A stretch of 64,000 bases of DNA from positions 10,452 to 74,451 of the forward strand of contig JBLINQ010000003.1 in NCBI GenBank assembly GCA_047639315.1. The letters run 5' to 3'. The notes below the pieces were generated by a model. The model was not told where the DNA came from and made no database searches. It saw only the letters and a program-made list of their open reading frames with translations. Positions within the stretch are counted from its first letter, which is position 1; each line of letters starts with the position of its first letter. The DNA is from Planctomycetota bacterium. GTDB lineage: Bacteria; Planctomycetota; GCA-002687715; DRQF01. Below are positions 53,724-63,246 of this stretch, in pieces. The translations under genes were made by a program, and so were the position numbers.

Positions 53724-55171
53724 TGCTCGTCCTCCTGCGTCAGAGAGAACACGCCTTTGGTTTCTGTGCATGCTCTCGGTGTCGGCAGAATCTTGCCCGG
53801 ATTGAGTAGTCCTTTGGGGCCCCAAGCGTCTCGGTATTCTTGAAAGAGAGCCAAGGCTTCATCATCAAAGACCAAAGGCATGAACTCCATTTTCTCAACC
53901 CCGACACCATGTTCGCCCGACAGCGCGCCACCCAGGTTGAGACAAACTTCGACAATACCTTCAGCCGCGCGAAGCACACGTTCGACTTCTTCGTGATCGC
54001 GGCCGTCATAGCTGATATTCGGATGGAGATTGCCTTCCCCTGCATGAAACACGTTGGCGAGCCGGAGGTCGAGCGCGCGGCAAACTTCAGCAATACCGAC
54101 GATGGCCGGCTCGAGTTTCGAGCGTGGCACCACGCAGTCCATGACATAGAGGTCAGGGGCAATGCGTCCCATGGCGCCGAAAGCTCCTTTGCGACCGCGC
54201 CAAAGCTCTTTGCGCCTGACCGGATCGTTGGCGTCTTCGAAACTCAGACAATCGTGTCGTTTGCAGATGTCTTGAACGCGTTTTTGATCGTAAGCGACAT
54301 CGGCTGTGTGTCCGTCAAGCTCAACGAGTATGACGGCCGCCGCATCTTGCGGATAACCCGCAGCAAAGACACTTGCCTCCACCGCTTGGATCGTCAGTTG
54401 GTCGAGGGCTTCAATGGCGGCGGCATTCACGCCTTCGGCAATCATGTCTGAGACGGCGCGGCAGGCAGCAGGCAAACTGGAGAAGACTCCCAACATGGTG
54501 GCGGTGGTTTGAGGAGTCGGCACCAGGCGGACAATGGCTTCGGTCACAATGCCGAGCGTTCCCTCGGAGCCAACAAATGCGCCAACCAAATCGTAACCGT
54601 GAACCGGCCCATTGATCCCACCAATTTTGACCACCTCGCCATCTTCTAAGACGACAGTGAGACCTAAGACGTGACCAACGGTTGAACCGTACTTAAGCGT
54701 GTGAGGCCCGCCGGAATTTTCGGCGATGTTGCCACCCAAGGTGCACACCATTTGGCTCGAAGGATCTGGCGCATAGAAAAGCCCATGTTCTGCAACGCAG
54801 TCGGAAAGGTGCAGGTTGATGTGGCCTGGTTCTAAGATGGCATAGCGGTCGACCACGTTAACTTCGATCAACCGCTTCATGGCTGAGGTATCGACGATGA
54901 TGCCACCATCTTTAGCCGGTAAAGCCCCACCAGATAAACCAGTGCCTGCTCCTCGGGCCGTGACGGGCATCTCGGCCTCATAGCAGGCCATCATGATCTT
55001 GGCGACTTCGACTGTCGTCTTCGGCAGGCATACCGCCAAGGGTTTTACTTTCAGGTGGGTGAGCGCATCACACTGATAGACATGAAGAGACGCTGGATCC
55101 TGACGAAAGCGACGGGTGCCAACGATCGATGTCAGTGTCTTTGCTAAATTGTCGGTCAGCTTGCGAATCAC
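53720..55171 (-). CDS. glcD: glycolate oxidase subunit GlcD (FAD-linked oxidase)
   Basis: ARGAGTGLSGGA, KNVTG-type motifs and the C-terminal GGALSGEHGVG are present. The GTG start overlaps the ligase stop (GTGA). Confidence 0.88.
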   Translation of the reverse strand: MIRKLTDNLAKTLTSIVGTRRFRQDPASLHVYQCDALTHLKVKPLAVCLPKTTVEVAKIMMACYEAEMPVTARGAGTGLSGGALPAKDGGIIVDTSAMKRLIEVNVVDRYAILEPGHINLHLSDCVAEHGLFYAPDPSSQMVCTLGGNIAENSGGPHTLKYGSTVGHVLGLTVVLEDGEVVKIGGINGPVHGYDLVGAFVGSEGTLGIVTEAIVRLVPTPQTTATMLGVFSSLPAACRAVSDMIAEGVNAAAIEALDQLTIQAVEASVFAAGYPQDAAAVILVELDGHTADVAYDQKRVQDICKRHDCLSFEDANDPVRRKELWRGRKGAFGAMGRIAPDLYVMDCVVPRSKLEPAIVGIAEVCRALDLRLANVFHAGEGNLHPNISYDGRDHEEVERVLRAAEGIVEVCLNLGGALSGEHGVGVEKMEFMPLVFDDEALALFQEYRDAWGPKGLLNPGKILPTPRACTETKGVFSLTQEDEQ

Positions 55172-56661
55172 GAGGTCCTTGTCCCTAAAAGTGTCCTTTG
55201 GACTTTACCCAAGGCATTACGCGGAATCTTGTCGACGAGAACAAGCCGTCTAGGGATCTTATAGGCACTGAGTTTATCCTGACAGTGATTCCTAAGGACG
55301 TCGAGCGTAATTGGAGAATTCTTGGCCACCACAAAGGCCGTCACGAGCTCACCGAACTCTTCATCAGGGGTGCCGGCAACAGCTAAGTCTTCGATTTCGT
55401 CATATGTGTGCAGCACATTCTCGATTTCCTGGGGATGAATGTTGTAGCCCCCGCTAATGATGAGTTCTTTAACACGACCGGTGATTTGAAAGCTCTGTCG
55501 CTCGACGTCTAATCGACCCAAGTCTCCAGACTTGAACCACCCATCTTGAAACGCCATGGCCGTAGCTTCCGAGTTTTGCCAATAGCCGGTGAAGACGTTT
55601 TCGCCTCGCAAGTGGATCTCGCCTTCTTGGCCGTCAGCAACAATCTTCCCTTGGTCATCAACAATGCGAACGTGTACGCCTGGCAAAGGTTGACCGACAA
55701 ATCCGGCATGGCGCGCACCGCGCAGTGAGTTCGAGATGTTCATCAACGTCTCGCTCATGCCATAGCGCTCCAGTATTCTAATGCCGAATTGTTCTTCAAT
55801 CTCTTGATGGGTTGCCGGTGAGAGGGGGGCCGAGCCTGAGACACAAAGCCGTAGATGAGCCAAAGATGCCTCGTTTGAGTTTGACTTCAAGAACCGATGA
55901 AAGTACGTGGGAACACCAAAGAACATGGTGAACTTGGATGCCGGCGCCTGCAGCCGCTCGAGAGCCTCTTCCGCCTGGAACGACTTTTCTAAAGTCACTC
56001 GGAAGCCAGAAGTGAGCATGCCGTGGATCCCGATGCCCAGGCCGTGGACGTGAAAGAGCGGCAGGGTCAAGAGCAGGTGGTCTTGGGGTGAGAATTCCCA
56101 TGCTTGGTGAAGTGATCTTGCAGCGGCGGCCAAGTTGCCTTGGCTCAAGACCGCCCCTTTGGGATTGCCGGTGGTTCCTGACGTGTAGACGATCATGGCG
56201 GGCATGTCAGCTGTGATGGTGACTGGCTGGGCAATAGGGCTGCGGCGAGCACCGCTGAATGAGGAGCGAATGAGATGCTCTTCAAGCATGTGGCACTCCA
56301 GCTTGGCCCGCCCGAGCGCCTCCTGCACCCGGTCTTTGGATTCTCTGCATGTGATCACGAGAGTGGGGCGAGCGTCAACAAAGAGGCGTTCGAATTCGTC
56401 CACTGTTTGGCGTGGGTTCATAGGGACGGAAATTCGACCGCAGAGGAGGTTGCCGCCATGAATCGCAACGAGGTTGGACGTGTTGCCGAGGATGAGAGCG
56501 ACGCGGTCGCCAACTTCGACCTCAAGGTCGTCTAAGAACCTATGCCACAAGTCCATTTTCTCGCTGAGCGCGGCAAACGTGAGGACTTCTGAGCCGTCCA
56601 CAAGAGCAACTCGTTCGCTACAGATCTTGGCCGTCTCTTGAATCATGGTGGCGATGGACAT
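55168..56661 (-). CDS. AMP-dependent synthetase/ligase (acyl-CoA synthetase family)
   Basis: AMP-binding motifs are YTSGTTGNPKGA, GYWQN, GDLG, GRVKELIISGGYNIHPQEIE and PRNALGKV. The start is set at ATG 56661, because the tracked TTG at 56685 lies inside the terminator T-run. Confidence 0.85.
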   Translation of the reverse strand: MSIATMIQETAKICSERVALVDGSEVLTFAALSEKMDLWHRFLDDLEVEVGDRVALILGNTSNLVAIHGGNLLCGRISVPMNPRQTVDEFERLFVDARPTLVITCRESKDRVQEALGRAKLECHMLEEHLIRSSFSGARRSPIAQPVTITADMPAMIVYTSGTTGNPKGAVLSQGNLAAAARSLHQAWEFSPQDHLLLTLPLFHVHGLGIGIHGMLTSGFRVTLEKSFQAEEALERLQAPASKFTMFFGVPTYFHRFLKSNSNEASLAHLRLCVSGSAPLSPATHQEIEEQFGIRILERYGMSETLMNISNSLRGARHAGFVGQPLPGVHVRIVDDQGKIVADGQEGEIHLRGENVFTGYWQNSEATAMAFQDGWFKSGDLGRLDVERQSFQITGRVKELIISGGYNIHPQEIENVLHTYDEIEDLAVAGTPDEEFGELVTAFVVAKNSPITLDVLRNHCQDKLSAYKIPRRLVLVDKIPRNALGKVQRTLLGTRTS

Positions 56662-56683
56662 GGCCCATGATAACGCCTTCGTC

Positions 56684-56721
56684 AAAAAAAAAAGCGCCCC
56701 TGCTCGATTGAGCAGGGGCGC
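56684..56721 (-). terminator. strong rho-independent terminator (minus strand)
   Basis: A 12-bp GC-rich stem GCGCCCCTGCTC / GAGCAGGGGCGC with a 4-nt loop is followed on the minus strand by T10 (A10 at 56684-56693 on +). Confidence 0.8.
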
Positions 56722-56743
56722 TTTCGTGGGTTATGGAATCGGC

Positions 56744-57427
56744 CTAACGGCGGTTCCCTCTTCTATTGTTGCTTCGGCTCCCGCGATTTCCGTTGCCGCC
56801 ACGGTTGGCGACGGTACGGTTGTTGTTCCGGTTGCTTGTGCTGCTGTTACCCCGGTTACCCCGGTTTCCGTTGTTTCCACGGTTGGCGACTACGGAGCGA
56901 TTGTTATTCCGGTTGTTATTCCGATTGTTGTGGACCCTGTTGCCACGGTGGCCCTTGTAGCCCCCGTAGTTCTTGTGACCACGGTTGTGATTGCGGTTAC
57001 GGTGGCCGTTTCCAAAGATGGAGAGAACTCCCCTGTGGCCCCGGTCGTGAACTCCACAGAAGCGTCCTGCTCTGCGGACCCGAACGCGATTATCGACGTA
57101 ATCCCAATGGCCTGGGACGCAGACTCGGCGGTTATATCCAGCTCTCACTAAGACTTGGAAGCCGTTGCCGTGGCAGTCGTAATCAGTGCGATAGGCTGCT
57201 GGGACAAACTCACTCCGGTAGGTCTCGGCGCACCAGACCCGGCGTCTGTCGTTCCTCCAAGTGTAGACCGAGTCACAGGAGCAGGCTGTACCCAAGGAAA
57301 TTGAGACGCCTCGAGTATTCACGTTGAAGAACCCGCCAAAACTCTGGGCGGTGGCGCTCTTGGCGTTCATGCCGAAAAGGGCTGCGGTGAAGATTGCGGC
57401 GGCTGCTAAAGTCAGTTTGCTGCTCAT
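56744..57427 (-). CDS. secreted Cys-containing protein with extreme Asn/Arg/Gly-rich basic tail
   Basis: The signal peptide is MSSKLTLAAAAIFTAALFGMNAKSATAQ. The mid-domain has 6 Cys and a VPGHW motif. The last ~100 aa consist of N/R/G/H repeats (NRNNNRNNNR, GNRGNRGN). Confidence 0.7.
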   Translation of the reverse strand: MSSKLTLAAAAIFTAALFGMNAKSATAQSFGGFFNVNTRGVSISLGTACSCDSVYTWRNDRRRVWCAETYRSEFVPAAYRTDYDCHGNGFQVLVRAGYNRRVCVPGHWDYVDNRVRVRRAGRFCGVHDRGHRGVLSIFGNGHRNRNHNRGHKNYGGYKGHRGNRVHNNRNNNRNNNRSVVANRGNNGNRGNRGNSSTSNRNNNRTVANRGGNGNRGSRSNNRRGNRR

Positions 57428-57726
57428 GACTTTTTTCCTTTCGTTGGGCTCGGTTTATTGACCGGGCGTTTGCTTGACAATCCTTCTATTGCGAGTCGCG
57501 TGCCAAACCGGGCCGTGGATCCCCATGGAAAACACAACCGATTTGTTAGTATAGGCTTATGGTTTTATTGCGACGTGCGGCGAGACTTGTTGAGAACCTC
57601 CCGCCGACCCGAGTGACCTCTTTCTAGGACGCTTTCGCCGCCATTTGGGGACAGAAGAGGACAGTCTGGGCCCGTGACATAAAAACACGGTGTTTTCGGG
57701 TTTGCCAAAGTGGGGTAGATTGAGAC

Positions 57727-58419
57727 ATGCTTGCTCAAGGAAACCTCATGCAGATCTGCGTTCTCTTCGGAACCCCGGTCTATCTGTCTGGCTCATACTT
57801 CCTCCTTCTCCTATTCATTAGCTTTCGAGAATTGCAGTATGGCCGGCTCCAGGAGGCATTCCTTCTGGCCTTTGCCGTGACGCTCTCTCTCATCGTTCAT
57901 GAATTTGGTCATGTCTGGGCCGCTAAGCTGAACGGGCATCGGTCTCGAGTGGTCTTGGTCGGTATGGGCGCCATGACGATTCCGGATGGCGAGAGCAACG
58001 GCTGGAAGGGGGTCCGCCTATCTCTTGCGGGCCCAGCCGCAGGGTTTCTCTTGGCGTTCGCTGCCTACTACGGATTCGCCCCGGCCAAGAACTTGCCGTT
58101 TTGGGACTACGTCCTTGGCAGCGGCTATATCGCCGATGGGACCTTATGGCCCTATCTGCAGTTGATTCTGGTGAAGATTGGTATCTTTTGGGGCATATTC
58201 AATCTGCTGCCGATCTTGCCCATGGACGGTGGCCACGCCCTTCGTGATTTCCTGACCACCTTCATGCGCCCCTATAAGGCTAACGCGATCGCGACACGAG
58301 TGAGCGTTGCTGTGGCCATTCCGTTGATCTTCCTGCTCTTCAAAGTTGGATTCACGTTTGGGGCTATCCTCGTCGCTTTCATGACTTGGCAGAATTTCGA
58401 GTCAATAAGAGGGAAGTAA
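57727..58419 (+). CDS. M50 family (site-2 protease-like) membrane metalloprotease
   Basis: HEFGH in a TM helix and NLLPILPMDGGH (the NxxPxxxLDG motif) are present, along with multiple TM helices. Confidence 0.85.
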   Translation: MLAQGNLMQICVLFGTPVYLSGSYFLLLLFISFRELQYGRLQEAFLLAFAVTLSLIVHEFGHVWAAKLNGHRSRVVLVGMGAMTIPDGESNGWKGVRLSLAGPAAGFLLAFAAYYGFAPAKNLPFWDYVLGSGYIADGTLWPYLQLILVKIGIFWGIFNLLPILPMDGGHALRDFLTTFMRPYKANAIATRVSVAVAIPLIFLLFKVGFTFGAILVAFMTWQNFESIRGK

Positions 58420-58501
58420 TGATTTCTTTCGATCGCAGCTTCGCCCGCGTACTATCACCACGAGATCGGCGCGCAGACCTTTCGCTTCTAGGTCCTCAAT
58501 C

Positions 58502-59767
58502 ATGAAACGTACTTTCCCACTTCTGATCCTAGCTATTGTCACATTCTCCTTGGTTTGGCTCTTCCTCCAAAGAGACCGTGATGCCAACGACCAGGTTAGT
58601 TTAGACGATGATGAACGCACCTTCAGGTCAAGCGGTGCCGAGCCCTTCGAGCTTCGAGCCCGCGACCCAAAGGGTCATAAGGGAGTCGAAGCCAAGACTG
58701 TCAAGATCGAGAAAGATGACGAAGTCGCCCCAGGCGAAGGACGCATCTTCGTTTCGGCAAGACTTCCAGATGGCACAACTCCCCAAGAACTCGTCGTTGT
58801 TTGTAGCCCAGCTCTGCCGGTTTTCTCTGTCGAAAACGGTGGGTGGGCTCTCGATGAAGTGCCGGCCGGTCGTTACAGCGTGTCCGTGCTCGGTGGAAGT
58901 ATCATCCCTTCGGCCCTGTCATCTGTTGTCATCGAAGCTGGCAATGAGACTCGCTTGAAATTCAAAGTTATCCGCGGAATTCGACCGAAGGGAATTGTTC
59001 GCGATGCGAGTGACAATACGCCCATCGCCAATGTCATGGTCGACTTTAACGCTTTCGCCAGCGTCAAGACCGACAGCGCAGGTCGGTTTGCCATTGAAGA
59101 TCTCTTGCCTCGAACGGCCTTGGACGTCATCACAGTCGGCAATGAAATGTACGGTACGATTCCATTTAGGGGCCTCGTCGTCGAAGACGTCGGCAACATG
59201 AAATTGTTCCTTGGCGGCGGCAAGGGTGTTGTTCATATCGAAATTGTGAATGCCACCCAAAAGACGATCCCTAAGGACGCCTTCCTGCAAGTCACCCTGC
59301 CGCCGACCTTTGAGATTCGGCGGCAAATCCCATTGAGGGGCCGAGAAATTCTCAAGCTCGAGAAGATGTACAACGGAACTTTTCGCTTCGAATTGCACTT
59401 TCCACGGGGTGAATTTCCTACTCAACGTATCGTTCACCAAGTACCCATGTGGCAGGCAGACAAAGCGCCCGTTACTCAACTCCGCTTCGTGCTGCGCATG
59501 GGGGCGACGCTCACTGGTAAGTTCCACGGTCCCACTTCATTCACTTCGGGGATGAAACTGCAGCTCAGGGATCGCCGCAACCACCTCGTTGCCGAAACGA
59601 CGGTGGACAAAGAAGGCAACTACCTCCTCGAGAACTTGAAGGCGGGGGAGTACGTCCCCGTTGTCATCGCCGGCAAGAAACCGCATCAACTTCCACTCAT
59701 CACCATCGAACCTGACCGAGTCACCAAACGTGATGTCGATCCATTGCGCAAGAAATGGCTCAATTAA
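58502..59767 (+). CDS. secreted protein with CarboxypepD_reg-like beta-sandwich repeats
   Basis: The signal/TM segment is MKRTFPLLILAIVTFSLVWLF. Repeats include GIVRDASDNTPIANVMV, FASVKTDSAGRFAIEDL and TTVDKEGNYLLENLKAGEY. Confidence 0.6.
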   Translation: MKRTFPLLILAIVTFSLVWLFLQRDRDANDQVSLDDDERTFRSSGAEPFELRARDPKGHKGVEAKTVKIEKDDEVAPGEGRIFVSARLPDGTTPQELVVVCSPALPVFSVENGGWALDEVPAGRYSVSVLGGSIIPSALSSVVIEAGNETRLKFKVIRGIRPKGIVRDASDNTPIANVMVDFNAFASVKTDSAGRFAIEDLLPRTALDVITVGNEMYGTIPFRGLVVEDVGNMKLFLGGGKGVVHIEIVNATQKTIPKDAFLQVTLPPTFEIRRQIPLRGREILKLEKMYNGTFRFELHFPRGEFPTQRIVHQVPMWQADKAPVTQLRFVLRMGATLTGKFHGPTSFTSGMKLQLRDRRNHLVAETTVDKEGNYLLENLKAGEYVPVVIAGKKPHQLPLITIEPDRVTKRDVDPLRKKWLN

Positions 59768-59856
59768 TATTAGCATCGACTACTCGGCAAGATTTTGCAC
59801 ATCCTGTACCCTTGCCCCGTGAAGGTTGAATCCCAGCTCATTAAGGAACGATAATC

Positions 59857-61329
59857 ATGGCCGAGCAAGGCAAGAATGAAGGGCCCGATGCGCCCTGGTG
59901 GCACAACCTGATCACGTCGGCCCTATTGAATCCGGTCTTCGAGCAGCAGCGTTCCATCTTCACCAACCGCACGCTTCGCTTCGACAAGGTCAAGGCAATC
60001 GGCTTTGACTTTGATCATACTTTGGGGCTCTACAACTGCGCTCGGCTTGATAAGTTGGCGATGGATCTCGTCATCGAAAAGCTGAACAAAGATCCTTCCA
60101 TTCCAAGCTTGAATCTTGATGACGTGCCAGAGCCAAGTTTTGCCCGTAAGGGTCTTGTCGTTGACATTCAAGAAGGCAATGTTGCCAAGATTGATCGGCA
60201 TGGCCATGTTGTTTCTGCTTACCACGGCACCACGAAGTTAACTTCGAAACAACGCCGTGACACCTATGGCGCCATGGATCACATTCCCCACGTGACCCAT
60301 GGCGATCGCCTCGTTCCTGTTGACTCAGATTTCGCTAAGCCGGAAGTTCTGATCTATAGTGCGCTTGCCCCCCAAGTTAAGAATGCCGAATGCAAGGAGT
60401 TGTGGAAAACGATCCGGGCTCACACAGACATGATCCATCGTGACGGTTCTTTGAAAGCGGAACTCACGGCAAACCCAAGCCACTACCTGTGCCCCGATCT
60501 CGAAATCGTACCCATGTTGGAGACGCTTCGTGAGTGGGGCATGAAGCTCTTCTTGCTGACCAATTCTGAATGGTATTACACCAAAGCCATGATCAATACG
60601 GCGCTTGGCACCGGCAAGAGCGCGGATGACGTCAGCTGGATGAAGCTCTTTGATCACGTGGTTTGTGAGGCCAGGAAGCCCGCGTATTTTGGCGTCGGCA
60701 ACACGAAACCAAACGGAGTCATGAATGATGAGGGCGTCATTTGCGGCGGCAATACCGACGAACTAGAAGAGGTGATCGGTTGTGAGGGCAATGAGATCCT
60801 TTACGTCGGAGATCATATCTACGCCGACCTCATCACTTCGAAGCGCGGTACCAATTGGCGCACCATGTTGGTCATCTCTGAGCTTGAAGAAGAGTTAGAG
60901 ATTCGATCCGGGCTTCCCGGCATGGCGATGCAAATGAAACAAGCCGATGACCGTCGCTTGGCAACAGAACAAGAGTTGCACTACTGGCGGGGCATTGAGC
61001 GCGCACTTGGTCATCTTGAGAAGAATGGCGATGGTGTGCACCTAGAGAGCCTCATGACTGACTGCAAGAATCGGGGCGATAAGGCCCGCGAAAATCTCAA
61101 GCAGTTCATTGGTCGCCGCGAAAAACTGCGCGCAGAGATGAGTCACGCAATGAACCCGTACTGGGGTTCTTTGTTTCGCGCTGGGCCTGAGTTGACCTAC
61201 TACGGCCAGCAACTCGAAGACTTTGCTTGCACTTACACCAGTCGAGCCAGCAACATCGCTCTCTATCCATCGAATCACTACTTTAGATCGTCGATGGACT
61301 TCATGCCCCACGAATTGAGATCGATGTAG
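59857..61329 (+). CDS. HAD-IG family cytosolic 5'-nucleotidase (cN-II/NT5C2-like)
   Basis: IFTNRTLRFDKVKAIGFDFDHTLGLYN (DxDxT motif), LFLLTNS and YVGDHIYADLITSKR..WRTMLVISELEEE are present. Confidence 0.8.
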   Translation: MAEQGKNEGPDAPWWHNLITSALLNPVFEQQRSIFTNRTLRFDKVKAIGFDFDHTLGLYNCARLDKLAMDLVIEKLNKDPSIPSLNLDDVPEPSFARKGLVVDIQEGNVAKIDRHGHVVSAYHGTTKLTSKQRRDTYGAMDHIPHVTHGDRLVPVDSDFAKPEVLIYSALAPQVKNAECKELWKTIRAHTDMIHRDGSLKAELTANPSHYLCPDLEIVPMLETLREWGMKLFLLTNSEWYYTKAMINTALGTGKSADDVSWMKLFDHVVCEARKPAYFGVGNTKPNGVMNDEGVICGGNTDELEEVIGCEGNEILYVGDHIYADLITSKRGTNWRTMLVISELEEELEIRSGLPGMAMQMKQADDRRLATEQELHYWRGIERALGHLEKNGDGVHLESLMTDCKNRGDKARENLKQFIGRREKLRAEMSHAMNPYWGSLFRAGPELTYYGQQLEDFACTYTSRASNIALYPSNHYFRSSMDFMPHELRSM

Positions 61330-61341
61330 GCAGAGAGTTTA

Positions 61342-62115
61342 TTAAACGTTGGTCGCTAAATGAGCCGCGATGCTTCCAGCCATGAAGCCGCGGCTTTTTA
61401 CATCAATGAAGCCCGCAGCCTGCCATTCAACGACGAGTTCATTGCGATTCGGGAACTTTTGGGTGGAACGATTGAGGTAGTCGTAAGCTTCGCGGTCGCC
61501 ACCGGCAACGCGGATCAAGACCGGCATCGCCATGGCGAGGTAAGCCTGACTTGCCCACCTTATTGGGGCGAATGATGGCTTAGACATGTCGACACACAGG
61601 AATTTGCCGCCAGGCTTCAAGATCCGCATGACCTCTGCGTATACCGCGGCCCGATCGGCCACATTGCGCAGGACCCACCCCATGGTCACAAGATCTTGGC
61701 TAGCGTCGTCGAGCCCAGTCTCGGCCGCAGATCCGAGTCGTAGATCGACATGAGTGCCGAATTTTTGGTCGGCTTTTTCTTTGGCGACCGCAAGCATGTT
61801 TTCGGCGATATCGATGCCGACAACACGGCCTTCATCACCAACACGCTGGCGAATCTCCAAATAGAAGTCGCCGGTGCCAGTTCCGAGGTCGGCCACATGA
61901 TCACCGGACGTCACTCCCGCCCAACTCAGAGCCTCTTGTCGCCATTTCGCGTCTCGCCCTAAGCTAATAAGGCCATTGAGTTTGTCGTAGGGTCGAGCAA
62001 TCCGGTTAAACATGCCGGTGACATATTCTTCCTTCTCTTCGCCCTCGAGTAGTGATCCGTCCGTTTTCATAAGGGCATGATAAGATCGTAGAGTGACGTA
62101 AATCAAGTTGCTCAC
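61342..62115 (-). CDS. ubiE: demethylmenaquinone/ubiquinone C-methyltransferase
   Basis: MFNRIARPYDKLNGLISLGRDAKWR is the UbiE/MenG N-terminal signature. The SAM motif DLGTGTGD and LKPGGKF are present. GTG start with GGGAG upstream. Confidence 0.85.
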   Translation of the reverse strand: MSNLIYVTLRSYHALMKTDGSLLEGEEKEEYVTGMFNRIARPYDKLNGLISLGRDAKWRQEALSWAGVTSGDHVADLGTGTGDFYLEIRQRVGDEGRVVGIDIAENMLAVAKEKADQKFGTHVDLRLGSAAETGLDDASQDLVTMGWVLRNVADRAAVYAEVMRILKPGGKFLCVDMSKPSFAPIRWASQAYLAMAMPVLIRVAGGDREAYDYLNRSTQKFPNRNELVVEWQAAGFIDVKSRGFMAGSIAAHLATNV

Positions 62116-62151
62116 GCTCAGAAGCTCCCAGTCCGGTGAAAGGTAGAAGAA

Positions 62152-62874
62152 ATGAACAAAACCGAAACGATGAAGAAGCTAAAAGATGCCGGGAAGGAAT
62201 CCCACAAGAAGACCTACCTGCGGCATGGCATCACTCTGCCGACTTTTGGCGTTCCTTATGCCGATCTCTACAAACTCCAAAAGCAGATCGGAGTCGATCA
62301 GGGCTTAGCGGATCAACTGTGGAAGACCGGCAATCATGATGCCCGGACCTTGGCGACATTGATCGCCGATGCTCCCTCAATGAAGGCCACTGAGGTCGAT
62401 GCTTGGGCCAGAGATTCCGACAATCAACTGTCAATCATGGCCGTGGCCTTGGTGGCAGCAAGAGTGAAGAATCCTGTTGGCGTCATGAAGAAATGGATGA
62501 AGCTGAAGAAGGAGTGGCAACGAGCCTCTGGATGGCAGCTTCTTTCGGTCTTGTGCTCTTCCGACGAATGCCCGCTTGCTGAAGCCGAACTCACCGACTA
62601 CTTGGGCACCATCGAGAAAGAGATCGACGGGTCCATGAATCGGGTCAAGCACGAAATGAATGGCGCCTTGATCGCAATGAGTAGGCAGGGTGCCTCGATG
62701 AAAAGAAAGTGCGTTGCAGCCGCCAAGCGAATCGGAAAAGTCGATGTCGATCATGGCAACACAGCATGCAAGACTCCGGATGCGATCCCTTACATTGAGA
62801 AAATGGCTGCACGCTTAGCGAAGAAGAAGACAACGAAGAAGAAGGCGGTCAAGAAGACGGCAAAGAAGAAGTAG
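62152..62874 (+). CDS. DNA alkylation repair (AlkD-like HEAT) family protein with Lys-rich tail
   Basis: YLRHGITLPTFGVPYADLYKLQKQIG..LADQLWKTGNHDARTLATLI resembles the PF08713 layout as I recall it. The C-terminal tail is KKKTTKKKAVKKTAKKK. Confidence 0.55.
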   Translation: MNKTETMKKLKDAGKESHKKTYLRHGITLPTFGVPYADLYKLQKQIGVDQGLADQLWKTGNHDARTLATLIADAPSMKATEVDAWARDSDNQLSIMAVALVAARVKNPVGVMKKWMKLKKEWQRASGWQLLSVLCSSDECPLAEAELTDYLGTIEKEIDGSMNRVKHEMNGALIAMSRQGASMKRKCVAAAKRIGKVDVDHGNTACKTPDAIPYIEKMAARLAKKKTTKKKAVKKTAKKK

Positions 62875-63165
62875 GTGCGATGGTTTTCTCGAAAAAAGGC
62901 ACCAGCGGATAGCAGGCATGTTCGGTTCTATACGCGCGACGGATGTCATCTTTGCGACGATGCATTCGTCGTCTTGGAGAAATATGCAGTCGAATATGGC
63001 CTCGTGATTGAGATCATCAACATCAGTGCGAACGACGCTTTGGAAGGCGAATTCGGCGAGCAAATACCGGTTGTGTTCATCGATGATAAGAAGAGATTCT
63101 TCGGCAAAGTCGACCCGGTCTTGCTCCTTCGCATACTCAATCGCCCGTCGCCAAAAGGTGAATAA
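62875..63165 (+). CDS. glutaredoxin-like small thiol-disulfide protein (DUF836-type)
   Basis: VRFYTRDGCHLCDDA (CxxC), IPVVFIDDK and RFFGKVDP are present. The GTG start immediately follows the upstream stop. Confidence 0.7.
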   Translation: MRWFSRKKAPADSRHVRFYTRDGCHLCDDAFVVLEKYAVEYGLVIEIINISANDALEGEFGEQIPVVFIDDKKRFFGKVDPVLLLRILNRPSPKGE

Positions 63166-63246
63166 AAACCCCTTTGCACAATCGGCGTAACGAGCAGGTA
63201 CGATTCTGATCGAGTCGAGTTATTGACCCAGAGAGATCAAACACCC

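Noticed and set aside
53052-54451. 181-aa and 203-aa + strand ORFs
   Set aside because: They are antisense to glcE and glcD, which are supported by motifs and by translational coupling.
56760-57000. Short DNA repeats (ccacggttggcgac, ccggttacc, attccggttgtt) that at first glance look array-like
   Set aside because: They are irregular and not spaced like a CRISPR array. They are explained as the coding sequence of the N/R/G-rich low-complexity tail of the 56744-57427 gene.
58919-59527. 202-aa minus-strand ORF
   Set aside because: It is antisense to the signal-peptide-bearing CarboxypepD_reg-like gene. Shadow ORF.
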